Origin: Bryobacteraceae bacterium
Lineage (GTDB): Bacteria > Acidobacteriota > Terriglobia > Bryobacterales > Bryobacteraceae
Length of the DNA stretch: 64,000 bases
Assembly: GCA_033762895.1 (NCBI GenBank)
Contig: JANRLE010000380.1
Coordinates: 12,243 to 76,242 of the forward strand
Reading direction: 5' to 3'
Shown here piece after piece: positions 10,173 to 19,133 of this stretch; the first letter of the stretch is position 1, and each line of letters opens with the position of its first letter. A program made the position numbers and the translations under genes. A model generated the notes under the pieces. The model was not told the DNA's origin. It saw only the letters and a program-made list of their open reading frames with translations, and ran no database searches.

Positions 10173-11426
10173 TTATTCGTAGCGGATCGCTTCAATTGGA
10201 TCCAGTTTCGCGGCCTGCACGGCGGGGTAAATTCCGAATAGCAGTCCAATGCCAACCGATACGCCGAAAGCAACCGCGATGGAGGCCGTCGTGACTACGG
10301 TCGACCAGCCGGCCGCCGCGGCGATGATGCGGGACAAAGTAAAGCCGAACGCGATCCCGATCAAACCGCCGAGAATCGAGATCAGCACCGCCTCGGTCAG
10401 GAACTGCCGTACGATGTCGGCCTGGCGGGCGCCAATCGCGCGCCGGATGCCGATTTCCCGGGTTCGTTCCAACACCGTCGCCAGCATGATGTTCATGATG
10501 CCGATTCCGCCCACCAGCAGCGAAATGCCCGCGATGCAAATCATGACGATCGAGAAGATCGCCTGCGTGCGGCGGCGCTGCTCCAGCAACCCGGCCGGTA
10601 CGGTGACAGTGAAGTCGCCCGCATCCTTGTGCGTCGCGGCCAGAATCGCGCTCACCACGTTGGCCGTTTCCACCGAATCCGAGTCACCCTTCACCTTGAT
10701 GTAGATACCGTCGATTTCATCCTTCAGATAGCTGTTATTGTCTTCAAACCGCCGCATCACGGTGTTCAGCGGCGCGATCACCAGATTGTTCCGGTTGATC
10801 ACTTCCAGCCCTTCCACTTCCGAATCGGCCGTGGCCTGCTGAGCCAGCACTCCCACCACCTGCAGCCAGTTGTCGTTGATCTTTACGTGCTTGCCGACGG
10901 CGGTTTCGTAGCCAAGCAGGTTCACCTTTGCCGCCTCGCCCAGCACACATACCGATGCCGAAGTGGCATTGTCCTGCTCATTGAACCAGCGGCCTTCCAC
11001 CACTCGCAGGGAGTTGATCTGCAGGTAATTCGGTTCCACGCCGATGAGCACCGGCGGCTCAGAAACGGACTTGGGAAGCACTTTGGAAGGCTTGAACCGC
11101 TTGCGTGGCGTCAGCGCCTCAATGCCCTGAACGTTTTCGGCGATGGCGCGGAAATCCCGGAACGTGAGGCCGGGTGAGATCTGGCGCCGCGCCTGCAGTT
11201 CATTGCGGTCCACTGCTTCCTTGGCTTCAATGATGATGTTGTTCACGCCCAGCAGATCGATGTAGGAGATCATCTCCTTCTCGACGCCCGCCGTGATGGC
11301 GAGCATGGCGACAACCGCTCCCACTCCGAAGATCATGCCAAGCATGGTCAACAGGCTGCGCAGCTTGTGCACAAACAGGCTCGCAAGCCCCATCTGAATT
11401 TCGGGCAGTACGCCGGATAAAGTCAT
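10173..11426 (-). CDS. ABC transporter permease, MacB/FtsX type (no ATPase domain)
   Basis: N-terminal TM helix, a large periplasmic domain, then three C-terminal TMs with RTREIGIRRAIGARQADI (FtsX signature region). 417 aa, so there is no fused nucleotide-binding domain. Confidence 0.85.
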   Translation of the reverse strand: MTLSGVLPEIQMGLASLFVHKLRSLLTMLGMIFGVGAVVAMLAITAGVEKEMISYIDLLGVNNIIIEAKEAVDRNELQARRQISPGLTFRDFRAIAENVQGIEALTPRKRFKPSKVLPKSVSEPPVLIGVEPNYLQINSLRVVEGRWFNEQDNATSASVCVLGEAAKVNLLGYETAVGKHVKINDNWLQVVGVLAQQATADSEVEGLEVINRNNLVIAPLNTVMRRFEDNNSYLKDEIDGIYIKVKGDSDSVETANVVSAILAATHKDAGDFTVTVPAGLLEQRRRTQAIFSIVMICIAGISLLVGGIGIMNIMLATVLERTREIGIRRAIGARQADIVRQFLTEAVLISILGGLIGIAFGFTLSRIIAAAAGWSTVVTTASIAVAFGVSVGIGLLFGIYPAVQAAKLDPIEAIRYE

Positions 11427-11428
11427 TG

Positions 11429-13468
11429 CTACTTCTTGCCTCCCATCGGTATGGCGCCCATCGCGCCGCCCTTGGACTCGGCTTTCTTGTTGGCGCCTGG
11501 TTTAGCGAGCGGGTCGGCCATGGCTACAACGTCGCCGGCCTTCAAGCCGTTTTCAATCACCACGGTCGATTCCGTCCGTTTGCCGATCGAGACGGGCCGT
11601 TCTTCGAATTTCTCCCCAACCTTCAGGTAGACAAAACGCTTGCCATCGCGTTCAAACAGCGCCTGGGCGGGGATGTGAATCGCATCCGGTATCTTTTCGA
11701 CGATGATTTCCACGTCGGCCAGCATGCCAGGCCGCAAGAGAACGTCCAGGCCTTTGGATTCCTCGGGAGGAGGAGGCAGTTTCGCGCTGTCGAGTTCGGC
11801 CTGCGAAAAGCGTCCGCCGCCGCCAAGCATCGCGACAGCCCCACCGCCCCCCGCTCCCGCGCCCGCTCCACGCCGGCGGCCGCCGCCTGCGCCCTGTGCG
11901 CCTTCGCCGCCGCCTTCGCCGCGAGCCGCACGTTCACCACCGCCTGCGCCAGGCCGTGCTCCGCCTGCCGGAGCCTGAATGCCCAGCTTCTTCATCTCTT
12001 CCTGCATCTTCTTCTGGAAGTCGGCGCGCTCCTGTTCGGTCATCTCGGCCGGGCTCTTGCCGCCGGAAACACGCTGGAACACTTCCCTCATCTTGGTGCG
12101 CTGTTCGTCGGTCAGGTTCGCGCCGCCAAATGCGCCGCCACCACCGCCCGCGCCGCCACCCGGTCTGGTGAAGCCAATGCGGGGGCCGCCCTGGCCACCA
12201 CCGGCGCCGCCCTGGCCGCCAAAACCACCGCCCGGCCCACCAGGACCGCCCGCCGCAGCCATCGCACCGCCCGCTCCGCCAAATCCGCCACCACCAGCGC
12301 CACCAGCGCCCCCCGGGCCGCCGGCCATCGCCATCCCGCCGCCCGCGCCCATGGGACCGCCACCACCGAAAGCGAAGGGGTTCGCCGAGACGCCCTTCTT
12401 GCGATTTGCCTCCGCGGTAGCCATCAGCCGGTCGATCTGTTCCTTGTCCGCACCAAGCGCCGACAGCAACTGCCGCATGTCGATGGAAAACACAACGTCA
12501 AATTTCTTGGCCGGGTCAGAGGAGAACACGTTCGCGCTCGCAGTGCCGGACATATTCTTGATCTTGCCGCGCAGCCGCGCCTCCGGCAGCGCATCCAGTT
12601 GCACGATCACTTCCTGATCTTCTTTCAGGTTGGCGCGGTCGAGTTCGCCAACGCGGCTGATCACTTCCAGTTCGGAAAGGTCCAGCACGTCGGCCACCGG
12701 GATGCCGGGCTGCACCTGGTCACCTTCACGAATATCGGGAATCTGCATGCCCGGGAAGAAAAAGCCTCCGCTGCGATTCTGACGTATCGCCACCAGGCCG
12801 GAGATAGGCGATAGCACCTTCACCTGCATCAGGCGCGCTTTCTCGCGCTGCAACTCCACCACCGCCTTGTTGCGCCGCTCCTGCAATACCGCCAGTTCGG
12901 CTTCCGCCTGCAGCAGCCTGGACTTGATGTCGCTCTCCAACTGCTTCAGCCGGCGCCGCGCCTCCTCCTGGTTGAGCAGGTTCTTTTTCGCGTCAATGGC
13001 CGAGAGCAATTCGTTGCGCTTCACTTCCAGTTCCGCCCGGCGAACCGAATACCGGGTCCGCAACAATTCCACCTGGTCCTGGTTGTTGCGGATGGCCAGG
13101 TCGGCCTTGGCTTTCTTGATCTGTTCGTCCACCTGATCCAGTTCGAGCTGCTTTTCCTCAATTCGGGCCAGCAGTTCGGAATCGTCAAATTCGACAATCA
13201 GATCCTTTTCGCGCGCCACCGCGCCGAGCGCCGCCATTTGCGTCACCTGCACCGTGCCGAACAGATTCGGCGCCGTGAGAGTCACCGAACGGACCGCCCT
13301 TAGTTCGCCGCGCGAATAGGTGCGCACCATCACGTCGCCCTTGCGGACGCGCGTGGTGGCCACCTGCTGCTGACGGCTGGGCAGACTTTGAAAGTACTTG
13401 TATCCCTGCCACGCGGCGCCAGCCACGATTGCCACCAGAATCAACCGGAACAGAATTTTTTTCACCAT
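11429..13468 (-). CDS. HlyD/MacA-type periplasmic adaptor with a large Gly-rich insertion
   Basis: N-terminal TM anchor, lipoyl/coiled-coil segments (SPISGLVA, IREGDQV) and a C-terminal beta-barrel (FVYLKVGEKFEERPVSIG). About 200 aa of Gly-rich sequence is inserted before the last barrel segment. Confidence 0.8.
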   Translation of the reverse strand: MVKKILFRLILVAIVAGAAWQGYKYFQSLPSRQQQVATTRVRKGDVMVRTYSRGELRAVRSVTLTAPNLFGTVQVTQMAALGAVAREKDLIVEFDDSELLARIEEKQLELDQVDEQIKKAKADLAIRNNQDQVELLRTRYSVRRAELEVKRNELLSAIDAKKNLLNQEEARRRLKQLESDIKSRLLQAEAELAVLQERRNKAVVELQREKARLMQVKVLSPISGLVAIRQNRSGGFFFPGMQIPDIREGDQVQPGIPVADVLDLSELEVISRVGELDRANLKEDQEVIVQLDALPEARLRGKIKNMSGTASANVFSSDPAKKFDVVFSIDMRQLLSALGADKEQIDRLMATAEANRKKGVSANPFAFGGGGPMGAGGGMAMAGGPGGAGGAGGGGFGGAGGAMAAAGGPGGPGGGFGGQGGAGGGQGGPRIGFTRPGGGAGGGGGAFGGANLTDEQRTKMREVFQRVSGGKSPAEMTEQERADFQKKMQEEMKKLGIQAPAGGARPGAGGGERAARGEGGGEGAQGAGGGRRRGAGAGAGGGGAVAMLGGGGRFSQAELDSAKLPPPPEESKGLDVLLRPGMLADVEIIVEKIPDAIHIPAQALFERDGKRFVYLKVGEKFEERPVSIGKRTESTVVIENGLKAGDVVAMADPLAKPGANKKAESKGGAMGAIPMGGKK

Positions 13469-13488
13469 CGTCGCTGATCTCCGCGCGC

Positions 13489-14796
13489 TTATAACTTCTT
13501 GGCCCGCTTGGCGGCTTCCACCGGGTTCTCGAGAGCCACTGACTCGCCTTCTTTGACGCCGCTGATCACCACCATGTCGGTCTCATTGCGCTTGCCAACC
13601 TCAATGGGACGAATGACGAAGTTCTGCCCGCGCTGCACGTAGACGGCGGGTTTGCCGTTCACCGTGAAGCTCGCCCGCAGAGGAATCAGCAGCGTATTGG
13701 CCTCGCTTTCAATCACCACCTCGGCCGAGGCGCTCATGCCCGGACGCAGCCGGGGATCCACCGCCTTCAGCGTCGCCCTGGCTGGAAAGCTCTTTTCGCT
13801 CAGACCCATGCCGCGGTAGATGACCTGCGCGATGGGGCTGATCCAGTCCAGTTCCGCCACCAGTTCCTTGTCTGGAATCGCATCCACACTGATGCGGATC
13901 TGTTGGCCCAGCCGCAGCCGGCCGCGGTCCACCTCATCCAGCTTCAATTCGATGCGCATCTTCGAAAGGTCAGGGATTTCCGCGATCGCCGCACCCGTCC
14001 AGGCCCGGTCTCCTTCTTTGAATCCGGGAGGCGAGGAGCCGAACGAACCCTGGCTGCGGAAGTTGGGCAGTATGTTCACGATTCCGTCTGTCGGCGCCCG
14101 CAGCACCATTTTCGAAAGATAACCGCGCGTACGTTCCATGTCCCGCACCGCTTTGTCCTTCTTGTGGTCCAGGCGCTTCAGGTCGGCATTCTGCGACACT
14201 TCATGGCTCTTGATGGTGGTCTTCACCTGGCCCAGTTCGCCGCCCGAAATACCCACGTCGATGCGATTCTTGGCGCCTTCGATTTCAGATACCACTTCCG
14301 CCTTGGAAGCCTCCAGCTTGGCCCGCTCGAGGTTATACTCGGCGGTCATCAAATTCATGTTGTCGCTCTCGTCGACGATCTTGTGCTGCGCCTTGGTCTG
14401 CACCACTTCGCTGTCCACGGTGCGCAGCGAAGTCTGACGTTCGATGAGTTGCTGCTCCTGGCTGGCCGCGTCGAACTCCACCACCACTTCCCCGCGGCGA
14501 ATCGGCTTGCCGGATTCGGCCAGTTTTACGATGCGCACTTCTGGAACCTGCGGCGCCGTCAGCATGGCCGAATTGACGGCCTTGATTTCGCCGCGCGTCT
14601 TCACCGCGATGACAAACTCCGCCTTGCGCACTTTGGCGACCGGAACTTCCACCTTGGTAGCCGACGCCTGGTAACGGTTGTAGGCGTAGTATCCTCCACC
14701 TGCCGCGATGGCAAGGAACACGCCCCATCCGATGATCCGGTTGCGGCGCTTTCCTACCTGGCCCAGTCTCTGCTTCGGTTTTACGTCTTTTGACAT
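13489..14796 (-). CDS. HlyD family efflux periplasmic adaptor
   Basis: TM anchor, a long coiled-coil, APTDGIVN lipoyl motif and C-terminal PAVYVQRGQNFVIRPIEVG. Lies 4 nt downstream of the preceding adaptor gene. Confidence 0.85.
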   Translation of the reverse strand: MSKDVKPKQRLGQVGKRRNRIIGWGVFLAIAAGGGYYAYNRYQASATKVEVPVAKVRKAEFVIAVKTRGEIKAVNSAMLTAPQVPEVRIVKLAESGKPIRRGEVVVEFDAASQEQQLIERQTSLRTVDSEVVQTKAQHKIVDESDNMNLMTAEYNLERAKLEASKAEVVSEIEGAKNRIDVGISGGELGQVKTTIKSHEVSQNADLKRLDHKKDKAVRDMERTRGYLSKMVLRAPTDGIVNILPNFRSQGSFGSSPPGFKEGDRAWTGAAIAEIPDLSKMRIELKLDEVDRGRLRLGQQIRISVDAIPDKELVAELDWISPIAQVIYRGMGLSEKSFPARATLKAVDPRLRPGMSASAEVVIESEANTLLIPLRASFTVNGKPAVYVQRGQNFVIRPIEVGKRNETDMVVISGVKEGESVALENPVEAAKRAKKL

Positions 14797-14800
14797 CGCA

Positions 14801-16657
14801 TCATCCTCTCGGCGGCTGCTTGCGCCAGGTTTCCGCGGTTTTGGCGGGTGCGGAAGGTCCGGTATTTGGCTTGTCCTCGGCCACCGTGTCGCCGGGCTTC
14901 AGGCCGCGGCGCACGGACACGGACACGAAGTTGGCTCGCCCTAACTCCACATCCCTTCGCTGCCAGCCGTTGGCCGCTTGCACGAAGACGTAGGGTTTGC
15001 CGTCGCTGTCCCTGAAGATGGAAGAGATCGGCGCGATTGCCTGGGCCTGCTCCTCGCCCACGATCACATCAGCGCTTACCGAAAGATCCGGAATCACACG
15101 CGGGTCCATGCCGTCAAGCTTGATGACCACCGGAATCTCTTTCAGGAAGCTGGCGCGGGCGCTGAAGGAGTTGCGCGGCATCGCCGCGATCGAGTAGACA
15201 TGCCCGGGCAATTCCAGGTCGGGGAAGGCGTCAAAGCGCACTTTCGCTTTCTGGCCCACCCGCAGCCGTTCCACGTCCACCTGATTCACCAGCGCATTCA
15301 CAATCATCGAACTGGTGTCCACAATCTGCATGAAAGGGTAGCCCGAGGGAACCGGATCGCCCGGCTGGGACTGGCCGAACTCCCCGCCCCGGAACATACG
15401 CATCATCACCGCCATGCCGGCGATCGGCGCCTTCATCACCATCCGCTCCGCGTTTGCCTCAGCCCGCTTTTCCTCCAGCTTCGACTGCTGCAAGTCCATC
15501 TCGGAAATGCGCAGTTGAGCCTGTTCACCGGCCCGCACGTGGGGCACTTCCGCCAGCACTTGCTTGTAGCGCGCCTCGGCTTCCTCCAACGCCAGCTTGA
15601 AACGCTCGGCTTCCATCGGAGAACGTACCGGCACGGTCTTGAGGTCGAGCTTGGCTTTCTCCACCGCAGCCTTCGCCACGGCGATGGACTGCTCGTGAGC
15701 TTTGCGCGACTCCTCAATGGTGGCCTGCTGCCGCACCAGATTCAATTCCTGCTGCTCTACACCCGCCTTATAGTCGTCCAACCGCTGCAGCATGTACTGG
15801 CGGTCGAACTCGGCGATCGTCTGGCCCTTTTTCACCATTGCTCCTGCCGGAACCAGATCCTGGAGCACGGCGCCGAATTCGGAGGAGGAAGAACCACCAC
15901 CGCCCCCGCCACCGCCGCTTGATCCGCCACCCCCGCCATACAGCGAACCCGAAGTGGAGCCGAGTCCGTCACCGCCCATGGAAGAGCTTGCCGCGGCGCC
16001 AGCCGCCGAAGACGCGCTGCGGCTGCCGCCGCTTGAAGAAGAACGCTCACGGCTTGTGGCCGACCGCAGCGCGTTGGCGGAGGAACGAACGCCGCCAGTG
16101 GATGCGCCGCCACCCGAGCTCATCGCCGAATTGGTGGAGCCACCCGTCGCGGCCGCACCCATCGCCGATGACGTGCTGGCTACCGTGGCGCTGGTTGCTG
16201 ACGTGCCGGAAGTGCCCGAAGTGGAAGATCCAGATGAGGATCCGCCCGAGGAAGAGCCGCCCGAACTGGACCCGCCCGAGCTGGAACTGCCGCCGCGCGA
16301 GCGCCCCATGAACGCGCCGCCCCCGCCGGAAAAGCTGCGGCTGCCGCGCAGTTGCGGTCCCAGAATGCTGACAAACCGTTCCGGGCCCGTCTGGCCACTC
16401 AGCCGCAGCGTCTCCTGCAGACGGCCGGAGGTGACCTTTGCCGTACGGGTCGCCTGCGCAACGCGCTTTTGCGCCAAGGTGTCCTCAGCCAGGTGACGCT
16501 GGAAGAGCTGGTAAGCGACGCCTCCTCCAACGCCGAGAATCAGGAGCCATAGCCACCATCGGGAAGCCGGCTTTTTCGGCGGCTCGACGGCGAGGGGTCT
16601 GGGCCGGTCCGGAGACGGCGGAACGGATACCGGTGCTGGTGCGGTCGGATTATGCAT
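14801..16657 (-). CDS. HlyD family periplasmic adaptor with a Ser/Gly-rich insertion
   Basis: TM anchor (WWLWLLILGVGGGV), coiled-coil, APIAGMAV and C-terminal PYVFVQAANGWQRRDVELG. About 150 aa of S/G/T/A low complexity follows the first beta segment. Confidence 0.75.
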   Translation of the reverse strand: MHNPTAPAPVSVPPSPDRPRPLAVEPPKKPASRWWLWLLILGVGGGVAYQLFQRHLAEDTLAQKRVAQATRTAKVTSGRLQETLRLSGQTGPERFVSILGPQLRGSRSFSGGGGAFMGRSRGGSSSSGGSSSGGSSSGGSSSGSSTSGTSGTSATSATVASTSSAMGAAATGGSTNSAMSSGGGASTGGVRSSANALRSATSRERSSSSGGSRSASSAAGAAASSSMGGDGLGSTSGSLYGGGGGSSGGGGGGGGSSSSEFGAVLQDLVPAGAMVKKGQTIAEFDRQYMLQRLDDYKAGVEQQELNLVRQQATIEESRKAHEQSIAVAKAAVEKAKLDLKTVPVRSPMEAERFKLALEEAEARYKQVLAEVPHVRAGEQAQLRISEMDLQQSKLEEKRAEANAERMVMKAPIAGMAVMMRMFRGGEFGQSQPGDPVPSGYPFMQIVDTSSMIVNALVNQVDVERLRVGQKAKVRFDAFPDLELPGHVYSIAAMPRNSFSARASFLKEIPVVIKLDGMDPRVIPDLSVSADVIVGEEQAQAIAPISSIFRDSDGKPYVFVQAANGWQRRDVELGRANFVSVSVRRGLKPGDTVAEDKPNTGPSAPAKTAETWRKQPPRG

Positions 16658-16937
16658 GGCCTAAACCTTCAGATGCCCGCGAAAATTGACAGATAGGGCC
16701 TTCGCTCTAGATTATCCTATACAGCAATGACGATGGCAGAGCAAAAAAGGTTATTCGGCACTCTTCCTTATGTGAGGACTCGGGTGGGTGGTAGGGAGGG
16801 CGGTTTAGGTGCCTCGGGTCCCATGCCGTGGGACGTTGGGTTGGGGCGGTACGGCACGAAACCCGAGGCGCCGCAAGAAGCTCGGGGTGGGTCGAGCTCC
16901 AGGCGGAGATCAATTCTGCATCCCGGTCTTCAACGGG

Positions 16938-18563
16938 CTAGCCGCTCATCGAACCCAGGAATTCCATATTGTTCCTCGTTTTGCTGAGTTTTTCAAGTAG
17001 TAATTCCATGGATTCTGTCGGAGACAATGGATTCAACACTTTACGGAGGATCCAAACCCGGTTCAGTTCCTCCCGCGGCATCAGAAGCTCTTCCTTACGG
17101 GTTCCGCTCTTGTTGATGTCGATGGCCGGGAACACGCGTTTATCGACAAGTTTACGGTCCAGATGGATCTCCATGTTGCCGGTACCCTTGAACTCTTCGA
17201 AAATCACGTCATCCATGCGGCTGCCGGTATCGATCAGCGCGGTCGCCACGATCGTCAGCGAGCCGCCTTCCTCAATGTTGCGCGCCGCGCCGAAAAATCG
17301 CTTCGGCCGCTGGAGCGCATTCGAATCGACACCGCCAGATAGTACCTTGCCCGATGGTGGCACTACGGTATTGTAGGCGCGCGCCAGGCGCGTGATCGAA
17401 TCAAGCAGGATCACCACATCCCGCTTGTGCTCCACCAGGCGCTTGGCCTTCTCGATCACCATTTCCGCCACCTGCACGTGGCGCGATGCCGGTTCATCGA
17501 AGGTGGAGCTGATCACTTCCCCCTTCACCGAGCGCTGCATGTCGGTCACTTCCTCAGGCCGTTCGTCAATCAGCAGAACGATCAGCACCACTTCGGGGTG
17601 GTTGGCCGTGACCGAGTTCGCAATGCTTTGCAGCAGCATCGTCTTGCCGGTGCGCGGCGGCGCCACAATCAGACCACGCTGCCCCTTGCCGATCGGCGTC
17701 AGCAGATCCATCACCCGGCCCGAATAGTTGTCGCGCGCCATCTCCAGCTTCAGCCGGCTGTTGGGGTACAGCGGCGTCAGGTTGTCGAAGAAGATCTTGT
17801 TGCGCGACTCCTCCGGCGGCTCGAAGTTGATCGCGTCCACCTTGATGAGCGCAAAGTACCGCTCACCTTCCTTGGGAGGGCGAATCTGGCCGGAGATCGT
17901 ATCTCCGGTACGAAGGTCGAAGCGGCGGATCTGCGACGGGGAAACGTACACGTCGTCGGGACCCGGCAGGTAGTTGTACTCGGGCGCCCGCAGGAATCCG
18001 AACCCGTCCGGCAGGCATTCGAGCACCCCTTCGGAGAAAATGAGTCCCGATTTTTCCGCCTGGGTCTGCAGGATCTTGAAGATCAACTCCTGCTTGCGCA
18101 TGCCGGCGACGCCAAGGACGCCCAGATCTTTGGCGATCTGGCTGAGCTTCTGAATGCTCATGTCCTTCAGTTCCACCAGATCGAGGGACGGGGCGCCGTT
18201 TTTGGCCTGCGGACGTTCCGTTCCCGCTGGCTTCTCGCCGGGGGCCCGGCCCTCAGGCGCCTTCGCCTCGACCGGCTTGGCCTCGGTCGGCTTCGTCTCA
18301 GCCGTTGGCGCCGGCTTAATCTCCACCGGCTTGGTTTCCGCGGGTTTGGCCTCGGCCGGTTTAAGATCGGCGGGCCTGGGATCGGCCGGTTTGGCCTCGG
18401 CGGCCTTCGGTTCTCCCGCCGCCGTCCTGCGCCGGGAGGGTCCGTCGGACGGCCTGGTTTCAGCCTTGGTCTCGGACTTTTCCGCAGGCTTGTCAGTCGC
18501 GGTGTCCTGCTCCGTTACAGCGATAGGCTGCTGGAGCTCCTGATTGTCTTTATCGTTTGCCAA
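16938..18563 (-). CDS. rho: transcription termination factor Rho with N-terminal K/P/A/E-rich extension
   Basis: Core motifs: [13 protein letters not shown] (Walker A), [16 protein letters not shown] and [21 protein letters not shown] propose a TTG start at 18563, preceded by AGGGAGTGAGGGA. The longer ATG ORF (to 18788) runs through engB. Confidence 0.85.
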   Translation of the reverse strand: MANDKDNQELQQPIAVTEQDTATDKPAEKSETKAETRPSDGPSRRRTAAGEPKAAEAKPADPRPADLKPAEAKPAETKPVEIKPAPTAETKPTEAKPVEAKAPEGRAPGEKPAGTERPQAKNGAPSLDLVELKDMSIQKLSQIAKDLGVLGVAGMRKQELIFKILQTQAEKSGLIFSEGVLECLPDGFGFLRAPEYNYLPGPDDVYVSPSQIRRFDLRTGDTISGQIRPPKEGERYFALIKVDAINFEPPEESRNKIFFDNLTPLYPNSRLKLEMARDNYSGRVMDLLTPIGKGQRGLIVAPPRTGKTMLLQSIANSVTANHPEVVLIVLLIDERPEEVTDMQRSVKGEVISSTFDEPASRHVQVAEMVIEKAKRLVEHKRDVVILLDSITRLARAYNTVVPPSGKVLSGGVDSNALQRPKRFFGAARNIEEGGSLTIVATALIDTGSRMDDVIFEEFKGTGNMEIHLDRKLVDKRVFPAIDINKSGTRKEELLMPREELNRVWILRKVLNPLSPTESMELLLEKLSKTRNNMEFLGSMSG

Positions 18564-19102
18564 ATTTCCCTCACTCCCTGGCCTGTGACGGCCGAGAAGG
18601 TCAGCGGTTCCGATGCGGGATCGGATTCCCGCAGGGCCGCCATCAAGTGCGCCCGCTCTTTCTGAGTCTTCAGCTTGTCGAACTTCGTCGCCACCACCAG
18701 GTACGGCCGGCCCGCGTACTCCAGCCATCGCTTCAGTTCCAGGTCCATCTCCATCCAACCCCGCCTGGCATCCAGCAGCAGCAGGCAAAGCCGCAAGCTT
18801 CCGCGATTCGTCAGGTAGCTGTCAATGAGCTTCTTCCAACCCTGTGTATGGGTTTTGGGAACTTTCGCGTAGCCATAGCCCGGCAGATCGACAAAGTGCC
18901 AGCGCTCATCCACCCGGTAGAACTGTATCGCCTGCGTGCGGCCGGGAGTCGAACTGGTTCGCGCAAGCCCCCGTTTGTCCACCAGGGAATTGATCAGGCT
19001 GGACTTGCCAACGTTGCTACGCCCCAAAAAGGCAATTTCCGGGAGCGATTCGGCCGGAAAAAGATCCGGCCTCACTGCTCCTATTATAAACTCTGCGGTC
19101 AC
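18515..19102 (-). CDS. engB: ribosome biogenesis GTP-binding protein YihA/YsxC (EngB)
   Basis: [14 protein letters not shown] (G1), DLPGYGYA (G3) and TKFDK (G4). Confidence 0.9.
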   Translation of the reverse strand: MTAEFIIGAVRPDLFPAESLPEIAFLGRSNVGKSSLINSLVDKRGLARTSSTPGRTQAIQFYRVDERWHFVDLPGYGYAKVPKTHTQGWKKLIDSYLTNRGSLRLCLLLLDARRGWMEMDLELKRWLEYAGRPYLVVATKFDKLKTQKERAHLMAALRESDPASEPLTFSAVTGQGVREIWQTIKTIRSSSSLSL

Positions 19103-19133
19103 CTGTCACCACCGCCCGGTTTTTTCCCCCCGG

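Noticed and set aside
11765-12372. Possible CRISPR or tandem-repeat array in the repetitive GC-rich DNA (also 15880..16340 and 18240..18420)
   Set aside because: There are no regularly spaced identical repeats with unique spacers. The periodicity is codon-level low complexity inside intact reading frames.
11979-12617. Pro-rich 212-aa plus-strand ORF (PPPAPPPGL...), and the similar ORF 15792..16496
   Set aside because: They are the reverse complement of the Gly-rich and Ser/Gly-rich coding tracts of the adaptor genes. Poly-Pro is simply the antisense reading of poly-Gly codons.
18564-18788. ATG-initiated 616-aa version of Rho
   Set aside because: It would overlap engB by 274 nt, and the extra residues look non-coding. 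A TTG at 18563 with a purine-rich leader is more plausible, although this is unverified.
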